From NCBI GenBank assembly GCA_963674965.2, contig CAXXFL010000004.1, positions 96,001 to 160,000 on the forward strand: a stretch of 64,000 nucleotides of DNA, read 5' to 3'. The translations under genes were made by a program, and so were the position numbers. The notes under the pieces are model-generated. The model was not told the origin of the DNA and searched no databases. It worked only from the letters and a program-made list of their open reading frames with translations. Positions 27,082 to 36,974 of the stretch are shown here, piece after piece (positions within the stretch are counted from its first letter, which is position 1; every line of letters begins with the position of its first letter). This DNA comes from a bacterium. GTDB lineage: Bacteria > RBG-13-61-14 > DATKZS01.

Positions 27082-29157
27082 ATGCGAGGGATCGATCACC
27101 GTAAAAGCCGGGCGATGGAGTTTCTCGTTCTCGGCTTGATTTTGGTCCTGTCCAGTTCCCCGGCGTTGGGCCAGGGCGGGGCCGAGGAATTCGACGACTT
27201 CAGCGAGATCACGCTGGAGGAGCTTTTAAACCGGAAAGTCGAGTCGGCCTCGAAGCACGAGCAGAGCCTTTTCGAGTCGGCCAACGCCATCACGGTGATA
27301 ACGGCCGAGGACATCCGGCGGTCGGGCGCTACCTGTATTCCCGAGGCCCTGCGCATGGTCCCGGGCGTGTACGTGGCTCAGCTTAGCGGCAACCAGTGGG
27401 TGGTGACCATGGGCGGATTCATCCAGGACGCCTACCCCAACAAGCTTTTAGTGCTGGTTGACGGCGTGACCGTTTATTCTCCCATCTCCGCGGGGGTCAG
27501 GTGGGAGAACCTGACGGTGCCCATCGACGAGGTCGAGAGGATCGAGGTCATAAGGGGGCCGGGAGGAGTGCTGTACGGAGCCAACGCGGTTGACGGCGTG
27601 ATCAACATCTATACCAAGTCCGCAAGTAAGACCGCCGGAAGCTACGTCAACGTGAAGGGCGGGAGCCAGGACTACCGTACGGCCAACGCCGCCGCCACCC
27701 TGGCGACCGACGACGACGTTCTCAAAACCCGGCTGGCGGTCAATTACCAGGAGCACCAGGGACTGGGCATGAACCGGGGACAGGAGTACGGCGACGGAGG
27801 CGAGAGCTACACGGCCTCGATAAGAAACGAGATCGACCTGTCCGAGGGCGCCGTCTTGCACCTGGACGGAAGGTTCGGCTCGGGCATTCTCGATTATCCC
27901 TCCGAAAGCTTTCTTCCCGGGACCTTCGATCATGAGGTGACCGTTTTCAGCTCGAAGCTCGAGCAACATTTCGACAACGGCCATCAGTACTACCTTCAGG
28001 GCTACTTTATAAGAAGCTATATTCAGAGCCAAACCGAGGATAACGCCTGGGAGGACTATCACGACACCAAGACCTACGACCTCGAGTTCCACCATTCCTT
28101 CCCCATCGAGGCCCTCGGCGCTCACAGGTTCACATGGGGCGGCGGATACAGGTGGGTCACGGTCAAGATCGACCTTATCAAGGACGGCGAGCAGGAACAG
28201 ACCATCGGCTCGGCCTTTATCAACGACGAGTGGAAACCGATCGATCAGGTCATTGTCAACGCCGGCCTCAAGTACGAACAGAACAGCTTTGTCGACGACC
28301 CCACCCTGCACTGGAGAGGGGCACTGCTTTACCTGCCCACGCCCGAACACGGCTTCAGGCTCAGCGTGGCCAACGCCTACAGGTCGCCCAACGCCTCCGA
28401 CCTTTATTTCGAGCGGCATTTCCCCATACCACCTGAGGCGGCGGCCCTCTTCCCTCCGGGCATGGCGCCTGACCTGGCTTCCCTTTACGGAAACGAGGAC
28501 CTGGACCCGGAGGAGGTACTATCCTACGAGGTCGGATACAGGGGCGTCTGGTTCGAGAGGGTCAACGTGGACGCGTCCTACGCCTAACGCGAATACACTA
28601 ACCTTATCGCCACCGTGATTACCGACCCCGGCTTCTACGTTACCATACCCCCCTCCACCCAGGTCGGGCCCTTCGACACCGAGTACCAGTACTCCAACGA
28701 CGGGGAAGCCACCAGCCAGACGGCCGAGCTGGGAATCGACGCCAGGATAACCAGGGAACTCCGGGTCCTGCTCAACTATGGATACGTTCATCTTGACGTG
28801 CAAAATTTCGAAAACGACGACGGCATCGAGAAATATTCACCCGAGCACTTCGGAAGGATCGGACTTTCCTATACACACGCCCAGGGCTTCATGGCCGACG
28901 TCTCCTGGTCCTATGTCGACGAGGTCGAGGTGTTTCGCAGGGGGGCCAATACCATGCCCTACCTGTTCGAGGACTACTGGAGGATCGACGCCCGCCTGGC
29001 CCAGAAAATCCAGTTGTCCGGCGGCGAGCTCGAGGTTGGAGTGGTGGGCCAGAACCTGGGCCAGGAATGGCACGAGGAGTACATGAGCTCGGTGGGGGAG
29101 TTCCCTTATCCGATCAGGACCTCCTACTACGGATACCTCGAGTACAGGGAAAAATAA
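27082..29157 (+). pseudogene. TonB-dependent receptor, copy 3, interrupted by one in-frame TAA
   Basis: 27082..28587 and 28615..29157 are in frame; TAA at 28585-28587 where both paralogs have TAC (SYAYRE). Confidence 0.85.
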
Positions 29158-29182
29158 GCCCGAGTAGTAACGCGAGAATATA

Positions 29183-29223
29183 AAAGCGGCGCCCGGGCCA
29201 ATATACCCGGCGCCGCTTTCTTT
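29183..29223. terminator. Probable bidirectional terminator between convergent genes
   Basis: AAAGCGGCGCCCGGG...CCCGGCGCCGCTTT. Confidence 0.7.
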
Positions 29224-29236
29224 ATGACGATTTTCG

Positions 29237-30943
29237 CTACTTGCTGATAAGCGCCTTGACCCTCGTGCCCTCGGGCGCCATTACCATGGCGGCCTCATCC
29301 TCGAACTCCTGCACCGTGCCCCCCTGGGCCCGGGCCTTCTTGGCCAGTTCTCTTCTCTTTTGCGTCCTCTCCTCGGACTCGTAATAGGTCACGATATCCG
29401 TCTTGCCGTCGCCGTTTAAGTCAACCAGGTCGAAGTCCGTGGCCGACTCGTACTGGACGCTGTGGTCGGGCAGACGCTCGTAGTTGGCCTCGGCGTTGCC
29501 CCAGTAAAAGGTCAGCTTGTCGCCTCCCGTGTCCGCGATCAGGTCAAGATAGCCGTCCCCGTTGTAATCCCCCCCGAAATTGATCAGGGGATGGAAGTTG
29601 CCCTCGATAAGGGACCTGAAATCGAAGATCATCCCGATAACGTCGATCTTGTAGTTGAGCAGCACCCGGCGGTCGACCTTGGCGAAGGTCTTGCCCGCGT
29701 CCTGGCCGTAACGGCCGTCGGGCCTCATCAGGAAGAGCCGGAACTGGACCTTGATGGCGTTCTCCGTGATCACCTTGAAGGCCTGGGCCGGCGCGAAATG
29801 GAAAAAGGGAATCACCAGGTCGAGCTTATCGTCATTGTTGAGGTCGTAAATTCCAAAGTCCACGGCCGCGCTCTCGGAGCGGATTTTCTGGTCCGGCTCC
29901 TTTTCGAACTTGAGCCCGGGACGGGCGTAATAGATGTACCGGTCCATCTGGGTCCTCTCCTCCGAGGTGCCCCATTTCATCATGATAATGTCGCCCAACC
30001 CGTCGCCGTTCAGGTCCGCGAAGGTCATGGCCTCACCCGCGAAGCCAAGGCCGCGCTCCTCGGGCGGCAAGATGGACCGCTTCTCCTTGACCGCCGGCTT
30101 GTCCGGCCAGGACCCGTCCTTGCCCTGGAGGAAAACGCGCAGGGTGTTGTCCACCAGGGTTATAAGATCGAGGCGGCCGTCCCCGTTGAAGTCCTCGATG
30201 AAAACGTCGGGGGCCGTGTATTTCACCGTGGTCCTTTTTTCGTAGGTCCTGAAAATAAGGAACTGGTTTATATCGTCCGTGGCCATAATGTCGCCCAGGC
30301 TGCCCACCTTGTAGGCCACAAAGGCCGGGCTGTCGATCTTTTTGATCGGCTTCAGCCCCGATCCGTCATAGGAGTTGATGAACGGGCCGTCAAGGGTGGG
30401 AATGACAATCTCCTTTTTCCCGTCCTTGTCAAGGTCCCAGAGGAAGCGAAGAAGGATGGGTCTTTCCGCGTGAGCGCCGGACAGGATGGCCCGCGTCCCG
30501 CTGATCTCCTTGAAAGTTCCGAACTTGTCGCCCTCGAAGCGGGAAAGACTCACGCCCGAGTCGTCGATGATAACCAACTCGGCCGACTTGTCGCCGTCGA
30601 CGTCGCCCAGGTCGAAGGCCCTGGCCTCCCGGGGCATCTCCAGGGAGCCGCATTTGCCCGTGAAGCCCTTGCCCTTTTCATGCAGGCACCAGCGGAAAAA
30701 GTTTTTATCGCGCATGTCCGAGCGCGTGTAGATCATGGCCAGGTCCAGAAGACCGTCCCCGTTAACGTCGGCCGCGACCCGGTCGTGCCTCTGCCCGTCC
30801 ATCTCCATCTCGCTGAAGATGAAGAACTCCGAGTCGCCCTCCCCCGCCTCCGAAACGGACGGAGCGAGCAACGAGACGATAATGAACGCGGCGAGACCAA
30901 AGATGAAAGACCTTTTCCGATCGCGATCAAGGAGCTTATTCAT
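29237..30943 (-). CDS. Secreted FG-GAP/VCBS repeat protein
   Basis: Repeated DxNGDGxxD motifs; start at MNKLL (30943, ATGA overlap with the permease stop) followed by a signal peptide. Confidence 0.8.
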   Translation of the reverse strand: MNKLLDRDRKRSFIFGLAAFIIVSLLAPSVSEAGEGDSEFFIFSEMEMDGQRHDRVAADVNGDGLLDLAMIYTRSDMRDKNFFRWCLHEKGKGFTGKCGSLEMPREARAFDLGDVDGDKSAELVIIDDSGVSLSRFEGDKFGTFKEISGTRAILSGAHAERPILLRFLWDLDKDGKKEIVIPTLDGPFINSYDGSGLKPIKKIDSPAFVAYKVGSLGDIMATDDINQFLIFRTYEKRTTVKYTAPDVFIEDFNGDGRLDLITLVDNTLRVFLQGKDGSWPDKPAVKEKRSILPPEERGLGFAGEAMTFADLNGDGLGDIIMMKWGTSEERTQMDRYIYYARPGLKFEKEPDQKIRSESAAVDFGIYDLNNDDKLDLVIPFFHFAPAQAFKVITENAIKVQFRLFLMRPDGRYGQDAGKTFAKVDRRVLLNYKIDVIGMIFDFRSLIEGNFHPLINFGGDYNGDGYLDLIADTGGDKLTFYWGNAEANYERLPDHSVQYESATDFDLVDLNGDGKTDIVTYYESEERTQKRRELAKKARAQGGTVQEFEDEAAMVMAPEGTRVKALISK

Positions 30944-31839
30944 AACGTGAAATCCCTTTTCTTGACTCCGATGATGGAGACGATGAAAAAAATGGCGAAA
31001 AAGATGGAGCAGATAAAGACCATCTTCTGTATGTCCCAGGTCCACCAACTGGCGATCTCGATGCCCGTGGGCAGGTCGTCCAGAATATACATGGGCACGA
31101 AACGCTGGCTGGGAAAGCCGAAGGTCATGTATGAAAAAAGGTGCTCCTCGCCGCCCCAGCTTACGGTTATTCCCAGGGTGTTGGGGATGAGGCCGAGAAT
31201 CTGGAAAAAGATGTACGCGATCAGCCCCATCAGCATGGCCCCACCCATGGTCGAGGAAAAAGCGCTCACCATGAGGGCCATGGCCGCGATGGCGGCGAAG
31301 GGAATGAGCAGGAGCATGGTCCCGATAATTATTTCCCTGAACATGTAGGCCGAGGAAAATATTACGTACTCGTTCTCGGTCAGGTCTCCCAGCCCGTAAT
31401 AGTACCAGCCGGTGACAAGCGCCACGCCCCAGAATATGCCGAAGGCGATGAGCACCATGAGCATGGCCGTTATGTACTTCGAGATGATGAGCTGCATCCT
31501 CGTGATCGGCCGGGTGAGTATGTACTTGACCGTCGAGTTGGAGACCTCGAGCGCGAAGAGGAGGCAGATCATCAGGTAGATTATGGGCGCGGCGAAGTCC
31601 ACGCACCTTATCACCAGGCTGATGGCGAAGGCGTAGCCCGATCCCGACTTGATGGCCACGGCCTGCTCGGCGTGATAGACGAGGTAGGCCCCGAGGAGCG
31701 CCGTGCCCAGTATGGCGGCGTAGCCCCCGATGATCAGCCAGTAGTGGCTCAGCTTGACCGCGTCCGCGTACACCAGCCGGGCCACTCCCCGCGGAAACTC
31801 GGCCGGTCCTCCTTTTTTGACTTCAGACTCAGTAGACAT
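30940..31839 (-). CDS. ABC-2 type exporter permease
   Basis: Multiple TM helices; EVSNSTVKYILTRPITR..I.SKY motif. Confidence 0.8.
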   Translation of the reverse strand: MSTESEVKKGGPAEFPRGVARLVYADAVKLSHYWLIIGGYAAILGTALLGAYLVYHAEQAVAIKSGSGYAFAISLVIRCVDFAAPIIYLMICLLFALEVSNSTVKYILTRPITRMQLIISKYITAMLMVLIAFGIFWGVALVTGWYYYGLGDLTENEYVIFSSAYMFREIIIGTMLLLIPFAAIAAMALMVSAFSSTMGGAMLMGLIAYIFFQILGLIPNTLGITVSWGGEEHLFSYMTFGFPSQRFVPMYILDDLPTGIEIASWWTWDIQKMVFICSIFFAIFFIVSIIGVKKRDFTL

Positions 31840-32761
31840 CCTGACTCTCTCCCGTCAGCTCGACGAAGTATTCCTCGAGGGAGCGGCGCCTCGAGGAAAT
31901 GGACTCGACCGACAATCCCGCCTCGATCAGGGCCTTGTTGACGGGAAACAGCTCCTGCTCGTTCCGGGCGAACTCGATCGCGCCCTTCCTCACCGCCTCG
32001 GCCTCGATCTTGAACCGGTCTTTCAATATTCCCAGGCACTTCTCGTCCTCGCCCGGACCCACGCGGATGACCACCACGTCGGCCCCGCTCCCGATCAGAT
32101 CGTCCATGCCCCCCTCCTTGATGATCTGTCCTCGGTAGATGATGCCGATTCGGTCGCAGATAAGCTCCATCTCCCCGAGAAGGTGGCTGGACAGGAGGAT
32201 GGTCGTTCCCTCCTCGCTCCGTATCCGACGGATGAGGTTTCGAACCTCCCGCATGCCCTGCGGGTCCAGACCGTTGGTGGGCTCGTCCAATATTAGCAGG
32301 CGCGGCTTGTGCATAAGGGCCAGGCCAATGCCCAGCCGCTGCCGCATTCCCTGCGAGTATCCCTTGACCTTGTGGTCACCCCTTCGGCCCAGTCCCACCA
32401 GCTCGAGGGTCTCCTGAATGCGGCCCTCATCCACTCCGCCCGAGAGCCGCCCGAAGAGACGAAGGTTCCTTCTTCCCGACATGTAAGGGTAAAAGGCCGG
32501 GCCCTCGACCAGGGCCCCCACGTTGCGGATGGCTTCCCGGAAACGCTTTTTAACGCCGATCCCGAAAATCCTGGCCTCTCCGGCCGAGGGCTCGATGAGG
32601 CCGAGCATCATGCGGATGGAGGTGGTCTTGCCGGCGCCGTTGGGTCCGATGAAACCGTAGACGTCTCCCTCATTCACCTTGAGCGACAGGTCCTTGACGG
32701 CCTGCACTTCGCCGAAACGCTTGGATATATGGCTGGCCTCGAGGGCGGGCGCGTTGGACAT
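31829..32761 (-). CDS. ABC transporter ATP-binding protein (BcrA-like)
   Basis: GPNGAGKT, YSQGMRQRL, LDEPTNGLDP and SSH. Confidence 0.92.
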   Translation of the reverse strand: MSNAPALEASHISKRFGEVQAVKDLSLKVNEGDVYGFIGPNGAGKTTSIRMMLGLIEPSAGEARIFGIGVKKRFREAIRNVGALVEGPAFYPYMSGRRNLRLFGRLSGGVDEGRIQETLELVGLGRRGDHKVKGYSQGMRQRLGIGLALMHKPRLLILDEPTNGLDPQGMREVRNLIRRIRSEEGTTILLSSHLLGEMELICDRIGIIYRGQIIKEGGMDDLIGSGADVVVIRVGPGEDEKCLGILKDRFKIEAEAVRKGAIEFARNEQELFPVNKALIEAGLSVESISSRRRSLEEYFVELTGESQDVY

Positions 32762-32892
32762 GAGATACTCCTCGCGGATTAAACAATAAAAATCGAATCC
32801 CTCACCTAGATGTTACATAACGATCGCTATGGATTCAATCAAGACGGATTCAGCCCGACGGGTCGCCGGTTCAAAACGGTCCCATCAGCCGA

Positions 32893-34086
32893 CTAGGGAA
32901 GAGGAGCGGGAGGCGGCTCGCCCACCCACAAGTCCTCGGGGGGTGTCCATTTCCTCCACTCCGGATGCTGGTGTATCTCGACGGCGACCTTGATCATGGC
33001 CATGGCTCCATGAATATTGTTCGCCTTCTCCTGGTCGAGGAAATACACGTTGTAGGCCCAGAATATGGGCGACAAGGTCCCGCGGTGGGGTTGGAGGGCC
33101 CTGGTGGCCGCGCCCGTGCCGACCTCGACGGTAAAGGGCAGGAGGCCGTAGCGATGGTAAAGGTAATCGTCCATGTCGCCCAGGGTGGGATAAAGAAACA
33201 TGGCCGGCTCGACCTCGTAGGGGTCGAACTGCTCCGCCTCGTAGGCGTCGCCAAGGCGCTTGAAAAGCTCGTCGTCCGGCGTCGGCTCGATCTCCGTGCC
33301 CGGCGGATACAAAATCAACCCGCCCGTGGTGTGGTAATTGAGCGAGAGCAGGATATCGCGCTCGTCAATAAAACGGATGATCGCCGCCGTCTCCGGCTCG
33401 CTTAAGGGGAAGGGACCGCGATGGGTCTGAGACAGTTTGTTGGGGGAGCCGGCCGAGTTCTTCATCCTGGCCGGAGCGTCGCCCGGATAGGGGAAGTTCC
33501 TGTTCAGGTCCACCCCGTTCGCGTTCTTGCGGATGAAGGTGGTCACGCCCCACTTGCTCTGCATGTTGGCGGCCTTGGCCATGCCGTCGGGATTCAATAC
33601 GGGAATGAAATATATGTCCGCCGAGTCGCAGGTCCAGGTGGCGGTGGGATCGTCGCCGTATTTCCCGGCCAGATACTCGAGAAGGCCGATGACCATCTGC
33701 CCGGCCGCCATCTCGTGGGCGTGAATGTTGCCCGAGACCAGGATTTCCGGCTTGCCGCTCCCGCCGGTGGAAAGCTTGATGTACCGAAGGTCCCAGCCCC
33801 CGACGCTCGTCCCGTAGGTCCCGCCGCTAAGAAGATCGGGGTGTTCCTTCAGGAGCTCGTCCATCACCGCCTCCATCTCCCCCATGGTCCAGTAGGGGCG
33901 GAGCTTTTTATGCTTGTCCGCCCGGGCGGCCCTGGCCTCCTCTTTCTCCTTTTGCTTTTTTTCCTTCTCGATCTTTTTCAAATGTTCCCTGATCTCTTTC
34001 GAGTAGCGCCGGGCCGCCGGGGCCTCGGACGCGTACAAGCCTATCGCTACCGTTAACAGCGCCGCCATGAAAAATCTCAAATACAT
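32893..34086 (-). CDS. Secreted M14 zinc carboxypeptidase
   Basis: IHAHE, PVLNPDG, RKNANGVDLNRNFP, SEPET and FTVEV. Confidence 0.88.
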   Translation of the reverse strand: MYLRFFMAALLTVAIGLYASEAPAARRYSKEIREHLKKIEKEKKQKEKEEARAARADKHKKLRPYWTMGEMEAVMDELLKEHPDLLSGGTYGTSVGGWDLRYIKLSTGGSGKPEILVSGNIHAHEMAAGQMVIGLLEYLAGKYGDDPTATWTCDSADIYFIPVLNPDGMAKAANMQSKWGVTTFIRKNANGVDLNRNFPYPGDAPARMKNSAGSPNKLSQTHRGPFPLSEPETAAIIRFIDERDILLSLNYHTTGGLILYPPGTEIEPTPDDELFKRLGDAYEAEQFDPYEVEPAMFLYPTLGDMDDYLYHRYGLLPFTVEVGTGAATRALQPHRGTLSPIFWAYNVYFLDQEKANNIHGAMAMIKVAVEIHQHPEWRKWTPPEDLWVGEPPPAPLP

Positions 34087-34133
34087 CTCGCTTCCTTGTC
34101 TTAATCCCTTTTACCCGCGAGGCCGGCGCCCGT

Positions 34134-35849
34134 TCACGCTTTACGCTTGGGCATGACCCCCGCCTTTTCGGCGTCGAAAACGTCCTCCGGCAACCCCAGC
34201 TTTTGCAGCTCGCTCTTTATCACCCTGTGGGTGCCGGTCTTGGGCAGGTCCTTTACGAACCGCCAGTAACGGGGCACCGCGAAGTAAGCCAGCTTGTCCT
34301 CCAGGAACTCGATAAGCTCCCCGGGCTCGACGCTCTTGCCCTCGACCAGGACCAGGCAGGCCATGATGTCCTCCTCCCCTAGATCGCTGGGAACCCCGTA
34401 TACCGCGGCCTCCTGAACCGCCGGGTGCTTGAGTATCTCGACCTCGACCTCGTAGGTCGAAACGTTCTCCCCCCGGCGCCGCATGCTCTCCGAGTCGCGG
34501 CCCACGAAATAGAAATAACCCTTTTCGTCCTGATATACAAAATCTCCCGTCCGAATCCAGCCGGACTTGACCTTCTTGCCCGTGGCGTCGTCGTTACGGA
34601 AATACTCGACCGAGCCGTCGCTTTTCGATTTGCCCTTCCTGGCCTCGAGAAGCAGCTCGCCCCGCTCGCCGGGCGGAACGTCGTTCCAGTCCTCGTCCAC
34701 CACCCGGACCTTTATGCCAAGCGGCTTGCCTATCGAGCCCTTCGGGGCGTTGCCGATGTTCATGAGCATGCCTCCGCCCCCGTCCACCGCGCCGTAGCCC
34801 TCCCAAATCTCGACGCCGAAGCGCTCCTCGAAGCCGGCCCACAACTCCGCCGGGCAGGCGCTGGTCACGATACGGTTCACGTGATGATCGCGGTCGTTGG
34901 GCTTCGCCGGCTGCTTCATCAGGATGGGGATCATGGCCCCCAGCAGGTTGAAGGTAGTGGCCTTGTAGAACCTGACCCGGTCCCAGTAGCCGCTGGCCGA
35001 GAACTTCTTGTCGAGCGCCACGGCCGCCCCTCCAGCCAGCGCCGTGGTCGAGGTGACGAAAAGGGCGTTGGCGTGATAAAGAGGAAGGCACGTGTACATT
35101 ATATCGTCCTCATCGATCATGGTCTTGGCCAGGGCCTGGACCAGGGTGAAGGTCGAGTCCCCATGCCGGTACACGACGCCCTTGGGAAGGCCCGTGGTCC
35201 CCGACGTGTACATGAGGACCGCCAGGTCGCCCGCCTCCGGCTTATAAGGCGGAGCGATGAGAGGCAGCTTCTCGTCATAGAATCCGGACAATAAGTAACC
35301 TCCCTCCGGCGTTCTCTCAGGAGGGGCCTCCTCCACGTCGTCGATAATCACGCTTTTCAGGCCCGGGACCCTGTCCCTAATCTTCTCCACGAACTCGGCC
35401 AGGGAGGGATGGACCACCATGTACTTGACCGCGGAGTTGTTCAGGATGTGAGCCAGGCCGTCGCCCCGAAGGGAAGTGTTGGTCGGAACCGCGTACATGC
35501 CCATCTTCTGCGTCGCGAAAATCACGTCGAAATAGGCCGGCTTGTTGTCCGTCATGATGGCCAGACCGTCACGGGGGACCGCGCCGATGGACATAAGTCC
35601 CTGGGCCACCCGGTTGGCGTTAAGGTTCATGTCGCGGAACGTGAACTGGTCGTCCCCGTAATAAAGGAATATCTTGTCCTTGTATTTGGCCGCCTGGCGC
35701 TCGAGTATCTCGGCCAGGTTGGCCTTGCTGGCCACGGACAGGCTTTTCTTCTTGAAGCTGTCGGCCAGGGTCTTGCCCAGGGTCCCGTATTGTATTTGCG
35801 TCGCCATTACGTTTTTGGCGAGCTTTCCCATAAACAGCGCCAGATTCAT
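34134..35849 (-). CDS. AMP-forming acyl-CoA ligase (CaiC-like)
   Basis: YTSGTTGLPKG, EGYG, RTGD, RRRGENVS and LPKTGT. Confidence 0.88.
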   Translation of the reverse strand: MNLALFMGKLAKNVMATQIQYGTLGKTLADSFKKKSLSVASKANLAEILERQAAKYKDKIFLYYGDDQFTFRDMNLNANRVAQGLMSIGAVPRDGLAIMTDNKPAYFDVIFATQKMGMYAVPTNTSLRGDGLAHILNNSAVKYMVVHPSLAEFVEKIRDRVPGLKSVIIDDVEEAPPERTPEGGYLLSGFYDEKLPLIAPPYKPEAGDLAVLMYTSGTTGLPKGVVYRHGDSTFTLVQALAKTMIDEDDIMYTCLPLYHANALFVTSTTALAGGAAVALDKKFSASGYWDRVRFYKATTFNLLGAMIPILMKQPAKPNDRDHHVNRIVTSACPAELWAGFEERFGVEIWEGYGAVDGGGGMLMNIGNAPKGSIGKPLGIKVRVVDEDWNDVPPGERGELLLEARKGKSKSDGSVEYFRNDDATGKKVKSGWIRTGDFVYQDEKGYFYFVGRDSESMRRRGENVSTYEVEVEILKHPAVQEAAVYGVPSDLGEEDIMACLVLVEGKSVEPGELIEFLEDKLAYFAVPRYWRFVKDLPKTGTHRVIKSELQKLGLPEDVFDAEKAGVMPKRKA

Positions 35850-35873
35850 AAGCTTACTCCTTTTGCCTTGACG

Positions 35874-36965
35874 TTATTGCTTCCCGATCAGTCCGTCCAC
35901 GATGGTCAGCCGCAGCCGGGAGGGAGACCCCAGAATTTCGGCCGCCTGCCGGGCGTCCCGGAGCCTTCTCTCCTGCGGGTACTCCTGGGTATAGCCGTAG
36001 CCGCCCAGGAGCTGGACCCCGTCCATGGCCGAGCGTATGGATACGTCGGCCGCCAGGATTTTCACGGCCATGGCCTCGTCCAGTCCGGCCCCGTTTCCGG
36101 CGGCCTGGATCATGGCCTGCCTGAGCGCCAGCCGCTCGGCGGCCATGGTCCCGTACATGGCGCGAAGCCCCGAGTGCTCGTGAATCATCTTCCCGCCCTG
36201 GAACCTTTCCATGCCGTACTCGATGGCGTAATCCATGGACGCCTTGAGCGTTCCCAGGCTTATGCCGGCGGCCGCGGCCATGAACTTCCCGTGCAGGGCC
36301 TCGAGGCTTTTCTCTCCCGCCATGAGAAGCGCCCCGGCCGTGACCTTCAAGTCCACGAAGTCCACGTGTCCAACCGGGCAGGAGCGAAGTCCGAGCATCT
36401 CCGACGGGGCCGGGCGAAGCTCGTCGCCGAGCTCGGCGGCGAACAGGGCGACTTCCCCCTCCAGGTCGGCGGCCACGACCGCCAGCTTGGCCGCGGGCGC
36501 GTTGGCCACCATCCGGGCCAGGCCGGACAGAACGTAGCCGCCGCCGTCCTTGATCGCGCTCGGGATTCCTTGCGGGTCGTCGGCCTGAAGATAGAGCGGA
36601 TAGGCGAGCGGGTCCTCCGAGCCGGACCCCAGGAAGGCGTCCCGAATCTCGGCCGAGCCGCCCCCCGCCAGGGCCTCCACCGCCAGGGCGTGGGCCAGAA
36701 GCCCGGCCGCGAACCCCGCGTCCACCTCGGCCACCTTCTCCAGCACCAGGGCCCAAACCCCCGCGGGCAGGCCGACGCCCCCGAAATCCTCGGGCGCCGC
36801 GAGCATGGTGAGCCCCGCGTCAAAGGCCCCCTTCATGGCGCCCCGGGCGTAATCGCCGTAGGGATACTCGTCATGCTCGTAAACGCTCTCGCGCAACTCA
36901 CGGTCGGCGAATTTCTCGGCCGTGTCCAGTATCGCCTTTATTGTCTCGTCGTCGCGGCATATCAT
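35874..36965 (-). CDS. Acyl-CoA dehydrogenase-like protein, possibly a non-catalytic subunit
   Basis: PEDFGG, RFQGG and QLLGGYGYTQEYPQER..RDA; lacks TEP..GSD and IYEGT. Confidence 0.8.
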   Translation of the reverse strand: MICRDDETIKAILDTAEKFADRELRESVYEHDEYPYGDYARGAMKGAFDAGLTMLAAPEDFGGVGLPAGVWALVLEKVAEVDAGFAAGLLAHALAVEALAGGGSAEIRDAFLGSGSEDPLAYPLYLQADDPQGIPSAIKDGGGYVLSGLARMVANAPAAKLAVVAADLEGEVALFAAELGDELRPAPSEMLGLRSCPVGHVDFVDLKVTAGALLMAGEKSLEALHGKFMAAAAGISLGTLKASMDYAIEYGMERFQGGKMIHEHSGLRAMYGTMAAERLALRQAMIQAAGNGAGLDEAMAVKILAADVSIRSAMDGVQLLGGYGYTQEYPQERRLRDARQAAEILGSPSRLRLTIVDGLIGKQ

Positions 36966-36974
36966 GTCTTACTC

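Noticed and set aside
28585-28587. Programmed recoding in receptor copy 3
   Set aside because: The codon is TAA at a Tyr position, and the other genes here use TAA as a normal stop
30944-31606. N-terminal part of the 789-aa ORF
   Set aside because: Alternative frame over the ABC permease; the real start is at 30943
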